Shown here: in pieces, positions 51,501 through 64,000 of the stretch
How positions within the stretch are numbered: position 1 is the first letter of the stretch
Layout of the letters: each line of letters starts with the position of its first letter
NCBI RefSeq assembly: GCF_001194135.2
Contig: NC_068992.1
Coordinates: 55,266,723 to 55,330,722 of the forward strand
DNA length: 64,000 nt
Reading direction: 5' to 3'
Source: Octopus bimaculoides
Lineage: Eukaryota
Notes under the pieces: model-generated
What the model saw: the letters and a program-made list of their open reading frames with translations, nothing else
The model's database searches: none
Told to the model about the DNA's origin: nothing
Program-made: the position numbers and the translations under genes

Positions 51501-51544
<44 letters not shown>

Positions 51545-51717
51545 AGAGTTACACACGCGCAAACACACGAACATATATATATATATATATATGTAAAGAT
51601 ATACGAGTTTTCTGAGTCCCTTTATTTCCATGAAGCTGAGAATAGTGTTAAGAAAAAGTTTATTTATAGATGTGAAGCTATTTATGGTTAATTAAGTAAA
51701 TAAATAAATAGATGAAT

Positions 51718-51737
51718 AGATAGATAGATAGATAGAT

Positions 51738-51832
<95 letters not shown>
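51718..51832. repeat. (TAGA)n microsatellite
   Basis: Directly visible. Confidence 0.98.
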
Positions 51833-51833
<1 letters not shown>

Positions 51834-52283
51834 GTGTATGCATCTATATACATATATATGCGTGAGAATGTATGTATGTACTTGTGCTATAGAAGCAGAA
51901 TAACAAAGCGAAATATGAAGAGAAAAGCAGGAAAACAGAAAAGTGAAGAGAAGGACAATGTAAATGAAATATATAAATAAAAGAATGGGCTGTCCTTAAG
52001 TTTCTGACAAGTATTGACATCATCACCGTCATTATCACCAATTTCATCTCCATCATTATCCTGGTCCCCTACGAAGTGCTGAATTTTTAGACTGAGAATG
52101 CATCTGAAATTTGAATCTAGTGAACAGTAAGTTAATGCTTCAATGCCTTGATGTGTAAAATTTAATATTGAACAATTAATTGAGGGAAAGGTAAATGAAA
52201 GGATAGGCGGACGGAGGAAATATGGAACTAAATAGATATGTGAAAGAAATATTCTAAATTTGGGATTATTTGGGATAAGAATG

Positions 52284-52325
<42 letters not shown>

Positions 52326-52329
52326 TAAT

Positions 52330-52720
52330 AAAACTTCGAAAACAAATAAAGACAAACATTTATCTCTGAACTTGAGGCGCTCGAGATACGAAAACAAAAA
52401 TAGCATACGGTCAGAGACGGTGTTCTGCCAAAAAGTTAACTCTGAACAGGGAGACCCCCTCTCCTAATGTCGCTGCCCAAGCGACAGACAAAACCAAAAG
52501 AGAACAGTGGAAAGATGACGATTACATCGAAGTTCTTTATGCAGTCTACACTGCAAACTTATACCCGAGAAACACGGGGATAACAAGAAAAACGTACTAG
52601 ATATGGAGAAGAACTACTGATACGAGGGAAGATGTCTTGGAGAATACTCTGGCGAATGTCCCCCGTTTTACCCTGCAAAAATATTAAACTATTGTAACAG
52701 AATAACGAACTCTGATGCGT
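52330..52720 (+). pseudogene. 5' ORF fragment of an R4/Dong-like non-LTR retrotransposon, next to (TAA)n
   Basis: Frame 52445-52687: KTKREQWKDDDYIEVLYAVYTA..TY*IWRR..DTR..ENTLANVPRF, matching the recalled R4-clade N-terminus (KWTxEEYxEV..TYxIWR..LANxRR); (TAA)n at 52284-52323. Confidence 0.7.
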
Positions 52721-53154
52721 ATAAGAAGTTCAAGTATTTTTTCAAAGGTTATATCACTAAGAGTTATATAGAAAGAAAGGATTGTAAATAGAAATAGAAA
52801 TATCTTACGTTGAAGCCTTCGCTTCTTACAACGGCATAAAGAAACATATTAATGTTAGACCTTCGTTGATGATTAATAGGCGAGTTTTGTATTTGGAAAA
52901 CATTTTCAGTTCTTTGAAAAAGGAGTGTTTTATTGCTTCTGTGAATCTTTCAATAATGCAATAGTCACACGCGCGCACGCACGGACGCTTGCACACATAG
53001 AGACAGACAGACAGACAGATAAATGGATAATTATATAGATATGTATACACGCAAACACACAGATACACACAGAGACATATGTATCTTCTACAAGCTGACC
53101 AAATGAGAAAGTTTAAAACATCAAAGATATAAATATGTACGTGTTTATGTGGTT

Positions 53155-53320
53155 GCTTGGCTTAGTGGTTAGAGTGTTGTACTTGCGATCGCCAGATCAT
53201 GGTTTCAATTCCTAAACCGAACACGTGGTACATTGTGCACCTGTTCAAGCAACGTCGATTTGATGGAGGGAGTGACCTAATGTACAGTACATACATCGAA
53301 TCACTATAAACAAATGCTTT
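53155..53320 (+). mobile_element. SINE-C, degenerate
   Basis: tggcttagtggttagagtg (A box)..ggtttcaattcc (B box)..tgtgcacctgttcaagcaa. Confidence 0.7.
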
Positions 53321-53399
53321 CTGGAAGTCGTTTACGCGTGTGTCCTTCATATATATGTATACACATAAATGTATACATATATATATATATATATATATA

Positions 53400-53557
53400 T
53401 GACGGTTTTCTTTCGGCTTCCGTCTATCAATTCCGCTCACAAAGCTTTGGTCAGCCCGACGCTATAGTAGACGACACTTGCTCAAGGTGCCATTTAGTGG
53501 GACTGAACCCAGAACCATGTGGTTGGGAAGCGAGCTCCTTACAAGACAGCCATGTAT
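53400..53557 (-). mobile_element. SINE-B 5' half
   Basis: cttgctcaaggtgcc..gggactgaacccagaaccatgtggttgggaag. Confidence 0.95.
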
Positions 53558-53559
53558 TT

Positions 53560-53566
53560 GTATATG

Positions 53567-53634
<68 letters not shown>

Positions 53635-53696
53635 CATGCATGCACGCACGCATGCATGCATACATACATACATACATACATACATACATACATACA

Positions 53697-53728
<32 letters not shown>
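53560..53728. repeat. (TA)n/(GCAT)/(TACA)n tract
   Basis: Directly visible. Confidence 0.95.
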
Positions 53729-55044
53729 CAAATGGATAATTCGAAATACCGATTTATTATTTTTAGCGCACTTACAACGTAAACTTATAAGCTCTGTTTG
53801 AAAAGTAACGAAAATGGTTACACAGTTGCTCGCTTTCACTCCCCGCCTCTCCCAATTTTATCTCTTTCTCTTTCTCTCTCTTAGTCTCTCTCGTTCGCCC
53901 GCTCACGAAATGTAGAAAAAGCGATTTGTATGGTCTTTTTCTATGATTTTGCAAAATCTTTCATCTGAGAGTAATTAATCATCTCTTAGCCTCTGAGAGA
54001 ATACTAGCTTTCTCTGATAGAATATTGCTAATTATAGTATATTTTAAACCAGACATAAATTTGATCTAAAAATAGCAAGCAAAACTCCTTCAAATCGCAT
54101 CATCTCACATTGGGAAGAAAACACTGGATAATTAGTTACTATATGCAGTATGTCTGAAAGAAATATATGATTACAGATCTATTCAATCAACACTCATGGT
54201 ATGCACCTCTCCCTTCTTCCGCATGTATTCTACGTTCCTTGTCGGATAATTTTGATAAACTTCCTTTAATAAACATTCGTTATAAAATCTTACGCGTACG
54301 AATTGCATTTAGCTGTTTTATCTTTTTAATGAACATATTGATTATATTCGCTTTAAGCTACTGGAAGGTCATTACTTTAAAATGTTGGTTTGTGCCCGCT
54401 CTTACAAACAAAACCAGTAAAATTACATTTTGCTTAGAACTAAATATTTACGTAATTTATGATGTTTTAGGGAAAAAAGTTTAGCTTTTGACAGTGTAAG
54501 ATCGTGACAAGTTATCAAACACCGTTTAAAATATATTCAGATCACATTCGCTGGCAACGTTGTTAAAAAAACACATGAAAGAACACGACTCAATTTCCGA
54601 TCCGCGAAAAAGAGGAGCCTTTGTTTCTTATCGAGTGATGACCTAATTTACATAATTTATGGTAATAATGTGACGACCACGAAGAAAACACTAAAAGAAG
54701 CTCGATTAATTATTTCAATGATGCTGGTATGACAGTAAGTCACTGACCGTAGTCTCACAATTCCTCTGCAGGTCATCGGATAACGGATGTTCAGAGAACA
54801 ATTTGATTTTACTTAACAATGTAATACTGGCAGTAGGAAAAATATCTCGTTGCCTAAGGTAGAAATGACTGTTACTGCTATCATTGGCTATGTTAATAAA
54901 ATGGGTTATGGTGGATTAACAGATTCTATACAGCGTTGTTCAAAATATACTCAGTTTACTCTCATCTGGGTCGACTTGGTGCTTTCTTCAAAATAAGGAG
55001 TTACTCAGAGACTGGTGATTGATTTAATCTATCATACACTATAA

Positions 55045-55355
55045 ATATTGATTTCAAATTTTGGCACAAGGTCAGAAATTCGGGGGGAGTGGAGAAGTCG
55101 ATTCTCTCGATTCCAGTGCTCAACAGGTACTTATTTCATTGAAAGGACGAAAGACAAAGTCGACATCGGCGGAATTTGAACTCAGATCATAAAAACTGAC
55201 GAAAATGGCACCAAACAGATTTTTCATGGTGTGCTAACGATTTCTCCAACTCGCCGACTGATAGATATTAATCTCAAATTTAAGCACAACACCAGCACTT
55301 TCGAGGGTGTGGCTAAGCCGATTACATCGACCTCATTGTTTAACTGGTACTTACT
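55045..55355 (-). mobile_element. SINE-A plus adjacent SINE-A tail fragment
   Basis: ttttggcacaagg..gtcgacatcggcggaatttgaactcaga..ccaactcgcc; second tail from 55265. Confidence 0.85.
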
Positions 55356-56701
55356 TTATGTTAGCGAGACCCGTCCGACCCACCAGCGGGTCGTTTATCA
55401 ATTTCTTTTCGTGTGGATTTTATGAAGAGTATGGTATAGTATAAAAATATTACGCTGCTCATATTAGAATTAATAAATATATCGTATTGGGACGCTGCGA
55501 TAAAAAGTAAAATGTGGCTCGGGAGCCAACGTGTTAATAACAAAATCAAACGAGGTTTTCGAAACACATTAATATATTTATTTAAGACTCTGTACGTTCT
55601 GATTTCACAAACTCTTTGCTTTTATCCTTCCCCGACAGATAAAATAAATAAGAAGATACTTGTCAATGTGAGGGTCCGGTTAATCAGTTATATGCTATTC
55701 CGTAATGTATAGTTGACTAGTGTTAGAACTTAATTTAGTTAAAAGTAAATGAGTAGGCAGCCTCATCTCACTGTCAGCAAGGAGGTAGACATTTTTATTC
55801 ACATAGCTGCTGTATGCTATGGCGTCTTCCAAGAAATAAAATTTTGGCTAAGTCTACATATTTCTAAAAACAATTTTGTTGTTTAATCTCACTTCAGATT
55901 CCATGTTGTTCAAATAAGATTGTCAACAATACAATATTATCCAAATCATCCTCGCTGTTTGAAACGACAGGGAAATATTTAAGGGAGATTTAACTGATAT
56001 TTTTAACAGATCATGCATTTTGCTAGAGGGCTTCTCTCGTATCTGATAGGATCTTATATAAGGTCACTTTATGACTGTAAGCAAATTATAATCTGCGAAC
56101 GTTTGCATAAAGTTAGTACACGGTTCCTTTACAGTAATCTGTAAAAGAATCACATACTGAGATTATCTTATCGAGGTAGATTTAACTGTTCTCACTAACA
56201 GATTGAGCTTCCGGGTAGAGGTTTCGCTTGTGATAGATGCCACACTTAAAAGTACTTCATAAACGTAAAGAAACTGTAAACCATATACGAAGTGAACTTC
56301 GAGTGTTGAATTCAAATATTCGTAAAGGTCACAGTAAAAACATAACTATAGAGTTAATTATAGATCATAATATATTGAAAATATAGGAATATACTTAGAG
56401 TAATGTAGCCGATTTTATCAGGTTGTCTCGTACGCTAATTCTTTTACTAGCTGTAATGCATGGATTAAGAGTGAGTGTATCACAATAGTCAACTTACCGA
56501 TGGACATTTTACTCAACAATGTTATATTCAATGAGAGCAAGTTAGTTTTCTTTGCGAAGGGAACCTTTAATGATAGTTGTTTAATCCCATATGTCCTTTT
56601 GTTTATAAATCGGTGAAATGTGGTTGAGGGAGAATTTTGTTTGTTATTCTCCGTAGGTCGAACAATTGCGTAGAATTACGAGCATTTCGTGACCAATAAT
56701 G

Positions 56702-56737
<36 letters not shown>

Positions 56738-56739
56738 AT

Positions 56740-56988
56740 ATTCTTTTATTTTTTTACTTGTTTCAGTCATTTGATTGCTGGAGCACCTTCTTAAAAGGTT
56801 TTAGTCGATGAAGTGGACTACCCGGGCTTATTCTTTGCAAGCGTAGTACTTACTGTATTGGTCTCTTTTGCCGAACCAGGGACGTAAATACGCCAGCATC
56901 GGTTATCAAGCTTTTGTCGGCTCGAGATGTCATGCAATGGGACTGAACCCGGAACCATGTGGTTGGGAAGCAAGCTTCTTACCACGCC
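56740..56988 (-). mobile_element. SINE-B, internally deleted
   Basis: tacttgtttcagtcatttga..gggactgaacccggaaccatgtggttgggaagcaag. Confidence 0.9.
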
Positions 56989-57208
56989 TATGTTTTTATG
57001 CATGTACATGTATATATATTTATACACACTTTTATTTTGTTATTAATCCACCCGTGTCCGTCATTGAGCGGTGGCTATCCTAGAGCACCATCAACTTCAA
57101 GGGATTAGTCGTACATATGAAACGCAGAACTTAAGTGTAACGCTTTTTCCATCAGTCGCTTTTGTCGAATTGCTAAATACCAGCAGTTAGCAATTAGTCG
57201 ATGTCTAC

Positions 57209-57888
57209 AGTTGTGGTAATAATAATCCTTTTCTACGATAAGCACAAGGCCTGAAATTTCGGAGGAGGGAGCCAGTCAATTACATCAACCCCAGTGTTTT
57301 ACTAGTGCTTAAGTTATCGACTCCGAGAGGATGAAAGATAAAGTCGACCTCGGCTAAATTTAACTCAGAAAATAGCGACCGCCGAAATCCCGCCAAGCAT
57401 TTCTTCCAGCGGGCTAAAGATTCTACCCGCTCACCGCTTTAGTTGTAGTAATAATAATAATAATCTTTTCTACTATAGGCACAAGGCCTGAAATTTTGAG
57501 GGAGGGGGTAAGTCGTTTAGATCGGCTCCAGTCCGCAACTGGTACTTAATTTTCGACCCCGAAAGGATGAAAGGCAAAGTCCACCTCGTTCGAATGTGAA
57601 CTCAGAACGTAAAGACAGACGAAATGCCGCTCACATTTTGTCCGGCATGCTAACGATTCTTTTCTATTCTAGGCACAAGGCCCGAAATTTTGGGGGAAGG
57701 AACAGTCGATTAGATCGACTCCAGTACACAAATGGTTTTTAATTTATCGACCCCGAAGGGGATGAAAGGCAAAGTCGACCTCGGGAGAATTTGAACTCAG
57801 AATGTAAAGACAGACGAAATACTAAGCATTTCGTCCGGCGTGCTAACGATTCTGCAAGCTCATCCCCTTCGTTGTAGTAGTAATAATA
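57209..57888 (-). mobile_element. Three tandem SINE-A copies with reiterated GTTGTRGTAATAATAAT flank
   Basis: Copies at 57226-57439, 57462-57660 and 57661-57869; flank at 57210, 57442 and 57871. Confidence 0.92.
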
Positions 57889-58292
57889 ATGCTAATACTA
57901 GAAAGTATAATGCGGTCTTAGTAGGGGGTGAAATATCACTTTAAATTCATATGATGCATAGAAGACGAAAACAAAACAGAAACAAGAGAAGAAGTCTGAA
58001 CAGTATTAAGATATTGGAAATTGATATATAGAGCAGATTATGTATTTTCTTTCATGTGCAAAATGTCATGCATTGGTTAAATGAGAATCGACAATGTTAA
58101 TCCCTAGATATTGCACCTCAATATAGGGATTTAGCGAAATACAACTGATATATTCCACATCGGATATTTATATGAATACATATACACAGAGAAAGATAAA
58201 AACATCCATATACATATATGTATATATAAATAAATATATACGGATACATATATATTCCAAGTAAGTATATATATATATATATATATCTATAT

Positions 58293-58750
58293 NNNNNNNN
58301 NNNNNNNNNNNNNNNNNNNNNNNNNNNNNNNNNNNNNNNNNNNNNNNNNNNNNNNNNNNNNNNNNNNNNNNNNNNNNNNNNNNNNNNNNNNNNNNNNNNN
58401 NNNNNNNNNNNNNNNNNNNNNNNNNNNNNNNNNNNNNNNNNNNNNNNNNNNNNNNNNNNNNNNNNNNNNNNNNNNNNNNNNNNNNNNNNNNNNNNNNNNN
58501 NNNNNNNNNNNNNNNNNNNNNNNNNNNNNNNNNNNNNNNNNNNNNNNNNNNNNNNNNNNNNNNNNNNNNNNNNNNNNNNNNNNNNNNNNNNNNNNNNNNN
58601 NNNNNNNNNNNNNNNNNNNNNNNNNNNNNNNNNNNNNNNNNNNNNNNNNNNNNNNNNNNNNNNNNNNNNNNNNNNNNNNNNNNNNNNNNNNNNNNNNNNN
58701 NNNNNNNNNNNNNNNNNNNNNNNNNNNNNNNNNNNNNNNNNNNNNNNNNN
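58293..58750. other. Assembly gap
   Basis: Ns. Confidence 1.
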
Positions 58751-59394
58751 CCGATTTTGTTTAAACCCTCACAATTCGTGAAATCTGTTGCGATATCTGA
58801 CGCCTTTGGAACTAAACAAAGATAGTGTTAATAATATTATGGAGTAAAAAGCGTCCTGGTTCCTCAAAACAATTTGAATTGAAGAAACAGAACAACAGAA
58901 GAATTATATCCTTCAATCAAAAGCCACATTTGTCCGGTCCCAGGCAGAATCAAAACCCTTGGTGCCATCATTGTGGTTTCAAGTTGCATTCATGCAATGA
59001 AAGAAAAATGGATGCAGCTTCTTTTTTTTTTTTAATCCTTTCCTTCGGACACTCGTTAGTCGAAATCGACCAGTCACCATCACCATCGTCATCATGACCA
59101 TCATCAACATCATCATCATCATCATCATCATCATCATTTCTGTTTATCACAGGTTTTGTTGGAGCTCCTGGTGAATCTTACATGCGTAGCTGACTTGCTA
59201 CCTGCGGCCTACGGTACCATGCTATCCATTCTTTTCAGCTAATATAATACTATTTATTATAAAGAAGGTGAGAATATTAATATCCATAAACAGACCATTA
59301 AAGCTGTATGACGAACGGCGAAAGATTTTGATAGTTAATAATAATATATGATATTATTATAGCAAAAACAGAAAGCAAATGTGTGTATTTGTGT

Positions 59395-59411
<17 letters not shown>

Positions 59412-59430
<19 letters not shown>

Positions 59431-59472
59431 TTGCAAATATATATATACTTGCAAATATATATATACTTGCAA
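59412..59472. repeat. 18-bp tandem repeat x3 (atatatatatacttgcaa)
   Basis: Directly visible. Confidence 0.9.
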
Positions 59473-60878
59473 GGGGAGAGAGAACAGTATGTGTTTGACT
59501 TAAATAGTCAACGTAACACCACTGCACAAAGCAATATAGCTGCTAATGTCTTTGTAAGTCTAAATTGTTTCTCCACCAATAACTTTCTATCGATCAGAGA
59601 CTTTAGCATAATACCTATAGTTCAAGACAAATGGCGATACGGTCAAATAGTACGTGTATCATTAATTGGAATTAACCGATCGATGATGGAAAGAATTGGC
59701 TAAACTGATATTCTTTAGATTTCAGTGTGTATCCTGTAGAATTTCGTGCGAAAAGTGTCGATAAAAATATATCCAAATCGCTGGAATTAAGAAGCTTAAC
59801 TAAAAAGAACAGAATGTTTTGAGATTCGGTTAACAAATTGAAGGGTGACACGACATAAAGATTTAGCGCTTTGTTATCTTATTGTTTGAATGATAGCAGC
59901 AGATTATTTTTAACAACATATTTGTGGGTGTAGAGGCACCGCGCGTGTGTACGTGTGTGTGTGCATACGTTAAGAAACAGAGACAGACAGACAGATTAGT
60001 ACAATCTGAGATGCGGGGGGTAAAATTGCATTTTGTGTCTCACCTGAGATTTATGGAAAGTTAGCAGCTCTTAGCTTCATAACCCGGTCAGAATTTATGT
60101 ACTGGTAAATATATATATATACATATACGCGCACATATATATGTGTATTCATATATATGTATGTATATATTTATATATATATATATATGTATATATACAA
60201 AAAAAGCAACTAAACATAAATGCAAAACAATTTGTAAAAATAGTACTCGAATACCGCAGGTAGAATAACATGCTTTTTTATTAAAGCTGCAGAACGTCAC
60301 AAAACAGTTACTCAGAGTTTCACGTTTCTGTTCATCGGACACTTGTGATCGAGACATATACAATGGGGTCTGTTTGTGTCTGTTGCTATTTCACAGCACA
60401 TCCATTAACATTGCATATTCACTTCATGATAATTTATAAATCTTTACTCTACTTGGAGTCGAGCAATTTTTCCCAGTGACGGAGAATTTTTTCGTGTTTG
60501 CTTTACTCCACATTATCATTTGTATACTCGACAAGTCTTAATTTCATTTCACCATTGCAATTTGTCTCTGTCGTTTTTGTTTCTATTCAATCCTCTGTCT
60601 TTCTCTCTCTCACTGCCTCTTTCATTCTCTCTCTCTCTCAGACTCTCTGGCTGTCTCTGACAGTCTCTCCTTCCTCCTTCTCATTGAATCATTCACATAG
60701 TATGTTATTTCTCTTCTTTTATCTATATATTGTACGCACACTTTCTTTTTTTTAACCCTCTCAACAGATTCTTCGTCTGATTCTTCCACTCATTTTCCAA
60801 AGTTTTTTTTCACTCCCTGCACTTATTATACAGAAATTTCCTAGCTTCGATCTCTCTCTTTCTCTCACTCTCTTTGTC

Positions 60879-60951
<73 letters not shown>
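60879..60951. repeat. (TCTA)n microsatellite running into a gap
   Basis: Directly visible. Confidence 0.98.
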
Positions 60952-61008
60952 NNNNNNNNNNNNNNNNNNNNNNNNNNNNNNNNNNNNNNNNNNNNNNNNN
61001 NNNNNNNN
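60952..61008. other. Assembly gap
   Basis: Ns. Confidence 1.
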
Positions 61009-61352
61009 TATATATATATATATCTATTTCTGTTATTTTTCCATCCATTCACTACGAAAAATACCGAACGCCACTACAGACCAGTGTGTATTTTGTTGTT
61101 CTTGTTCTCATGCTTTCATCTCCTTTATCTGTTTTCTTTTTCTTTGACCGTGATTATAGTCTCGCGACTCCGCTAACTATTGGCTATTTGTACTCAGATA
61201 CTCTCAATTATTCGGTCTGTTCGTCTGTCTTTCTGTCTCTCTTTCTCTGGCTCTTTCACTCTCTGTTTATGTATCTCTGCCCTTTTTTTTATCTCCGTCT
61301 CTCACCTCCTCTCTCTCAACTATGAATTCTCACCTCTCAATGTAACCCTCCC

Positions 61353-61397
<45 letters not shown>

Positions 61398-61548
61398 CAT
61401 GAACTCTCAGCTCTCAATGGAAATGTTCTAATCTATTTTAATTTAAAACTTTTTTCTCATTCTGCGACTTCTGCTCAACACAATCAAACAATACATAAAT
61501 ACTTACACGCACACACACACACACACACAGGCATACGCTCACACACAC

Positions 61549-61558
61549 NNNNNNNNNN
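61549..61558. other. Assembly gap
   Basis: Ns. Confidence 1.
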
Positions 61559-64000
61559 TATATATATATATATATATATATATGCATATATATATATGCA
61601 CCTATATAAATACATTATATATATGCATACGCATGTATGCATATATAATTTGTCTCTCGTATTATTATTTTCTCCTTCGTGTTGACTTTATTGTTTTAGT
61701 TTATAAATAGTGAAATAAATCTAGAAAAAGACTCCGGAAAAGCAAGAGAAGTGAGGTAAGAAAATATTTTCAATTATTTGTCGATATGAAAAACCAAATG
61801 AAATCATATAGTTATTTTCATGTCATATATTGGGAGCTAAATATTTGTAAAACTCAGACTGAGATTTTTAAAAAATGTACTGCTACGGAGGAAACATAAT
61901 TTTGACATGTTATTATTATCATTATTATTTTTGTTGTCGTGGATGTTGTTGTTTTTGTCGTTGTTGCATGCAGATTGTTTATATGGATTTAAATTATATA
62001 AAGTAACTTTGAAATATAAATCGGTGCGCGTGTAAGTGTGTGTGTTTGCGTGCGTGCATGTGTGCGTGCATGTGTGTGTATTATTTCTATTGATATATTT
62101 CTACGCCACAAGGTGGACATGAAAAAGCATCAAGAGATATGAAATAAATTGTTTTTACCGATAAAAAGAGAAACGAAATTTCTAAATATTTACGACGTAA
62201 ACAGCACAATTCTCTCAAGTAAGAACAAAGCTTCCAAACTGGATGGAAGAAATTCTAGGCATTGCTTTGTTATACTGCAAGACTGTCTGTGTATAGGTGT
62301 CGGCTCCATGATCAAACTTCAACTTTTACCCCATCCAAGAGGTTTTTTTAACCCCATATTCTACAGCTATTTTTATAGCTTTAGCTACGGATTGACCTGC
62401 TGTTAAAAATAATTTTATGCATTTCTATTTTATATCACATTATACATTGTAGCCTCTGTAAATAACGCCAAAAATCACTCTTGTTGATTTTTGCGAATTA
62501 GTTATTTGACAACAGCAAGTATTGACTTATTTTCAAAATTATTTGCTTCATACACATTTATTATAATACATTCAAATCGCTAGTTGTTCCATTATTTACA
62601 TATCTTAGTTTGTATCAATAATTTACATTTATAAACAAATTCTAGATAGTTCCTCAAAGTTGAAAAGCTGTAAGACTCTATTAAGTAAAAATATGTAAAG
62701 TCATGTTTGTTTACCACTAATCAATGTAGGCTATGGCTATATTTTTGTGGTACTTCAACGAGGTACAGAACAACACGGCTGACCTGAGAATCGCGCCAAA
62801 AGTATACCTTCCTTCTGAGTGAACTTGCAAACATATAAACTTCAGTAAAGGCGATAATTCAATACATGATTGCTCGACCACTGCATCTAAAGTGCTACTG
62901 TCGTTTATGGCTTAAAGAAAATAATGTTTGGTGATCCAAAAATCCTGACTAGGCACATGACGTAGATATCACTGGGGACAATTTGGCTAACATGGTTAAT
63001 ACTCTCTCGTGACAAGTTATCTCCACCTAGCGGCAAGCAAAATATCGTTAGACAAGAATCGAGAGTTACCAAAATTTCTGCTATTTATAATAACACAAGA
63101 CAACGAGACTGTTTGACCTTTCATTGGATGTTTGTCACATAGAAGTCGTACGACAGTCAGTCTCACAAGGCAATGGGAACTTAGATTTAAAATTATTCTC
63201 TCTAAACAAATATTCTGACTAAAATTAATATTTCATAACTCACTGTAGATTTTTAAGCACGCTAGTCACCAACTCGTACATTTCTATATTCCACGCATAT
63301 CTACAGCATATTAACAAAGTATATACTTTATAAAGCATTTACAATCTCCGAGACAACGTTCAAAACGGTATAATCAGATTTAGCAGTTGCTAATCTTAAT
63401 GATATTTCTAGTTCTCATTATTTGTTACACAGTGCTGCTATTATCAAGAAAGAGTCTCTTTCAGTAGCAGGCCTATTGAAATTATTTCACCCAGTGTGAA
63501 ATAAATTTCCCGTTCAAAGAAAGGATAAAATCACCGGAAGAACTTGATCTGCATATTATTATTTTGCATTCCTAAAGTTCACTGCGTTGCTTTAATTTTG
63601 TTTTCTCTTAAATGAAAATGAACATAGTGACATTGTCCTTCGTAAAAAATTATGCATCACGTGGAAGAGCGTCAGTCATACGCAGTTTCACAATAACGCT
63701 TAGCGTCCATCAGAAGTTTTCTTCTCGTCAAAATTTGACTATTCATTATTTCAATTTTATGAATCTTTCTTGATTTTTACGTCTTTAAGTTAAAGCAAAA
63801 ACAGCAAATCCATTAGAGAAATTCGTAGTTACAACGAGTCAATTCATCGCTTTATAAAAAGGGTGTATGGGGGAGGGCAGTTTTGATTGTGGTCGGGGGT
63901 ATGTTTTAAGCATTTTATCGGTTGCAGAATTCAAGCCAGTTACTAACAATATAACAAAACATATTTTGTTTAAGTCAAGACAGTTGTCGGAGTACGTGGT

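Noticed and set aside
52010-52075. Minus-strand DQDNDGDEIGDNDGDD, resembling an EF-hand loop
   Set aside because: Derived from a degenerate (CAT/GAT) repeat, with no flanking helices or splice support.
53155-53230. tRNA-like A/B boxes here and at other SINE heads
   Set aside because: No complete cloverleaf; they continue into SINE body sequence.
56657-56701. 45-nt segment with good acceptor and donor ending in ATG
   Set aside because: Stops in all frames, and it overlaps a family D repeat copy.
63022-63036. CTCF-like motif (minus strand CCGCTAGGTGGA)
   Set aside because: A single imperfect match is expected by chance at this window size.

Overview
AT-rich eukaryotic genomic DNA with 9 assembly gaps. 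The SINE families and dense microsatellites point to an octopod cephalopod, probably Octopus (inference from recalled repeat families, no search run). I found no intact protein-coding gene, tRNA, rRNA or CRISPR array; almost all listed ORFs are microsatellite or repeat artefacts. The window is mostly decayed mobile DNA. There are about 45 tRNA-derived SINE copies in four working families (A-D, my labels). Recognisable coding remnants are a Penelope-like element (RT plus GIY-YIG), a TRT-type DD37E Tc1 transposase, a DD41D-related mariner with a longer catalytic spacing, a maT-like mariner end, a Helitron Rep/helicase and an R4/Dong N-terminus. There are also a possible Chapaev3 end and several MITEs. 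The most notable observations are: (1) minimal type I hammerhead ribozyme motifs, one with a U3-A8 compensatory core in both inverted pseudo-LTRs of the Penelope element and another with U6 in a separate TA-targeting repeat; (2) three loci where SINE-A copies are stacked in tandem with the same short flank reiterated between them.
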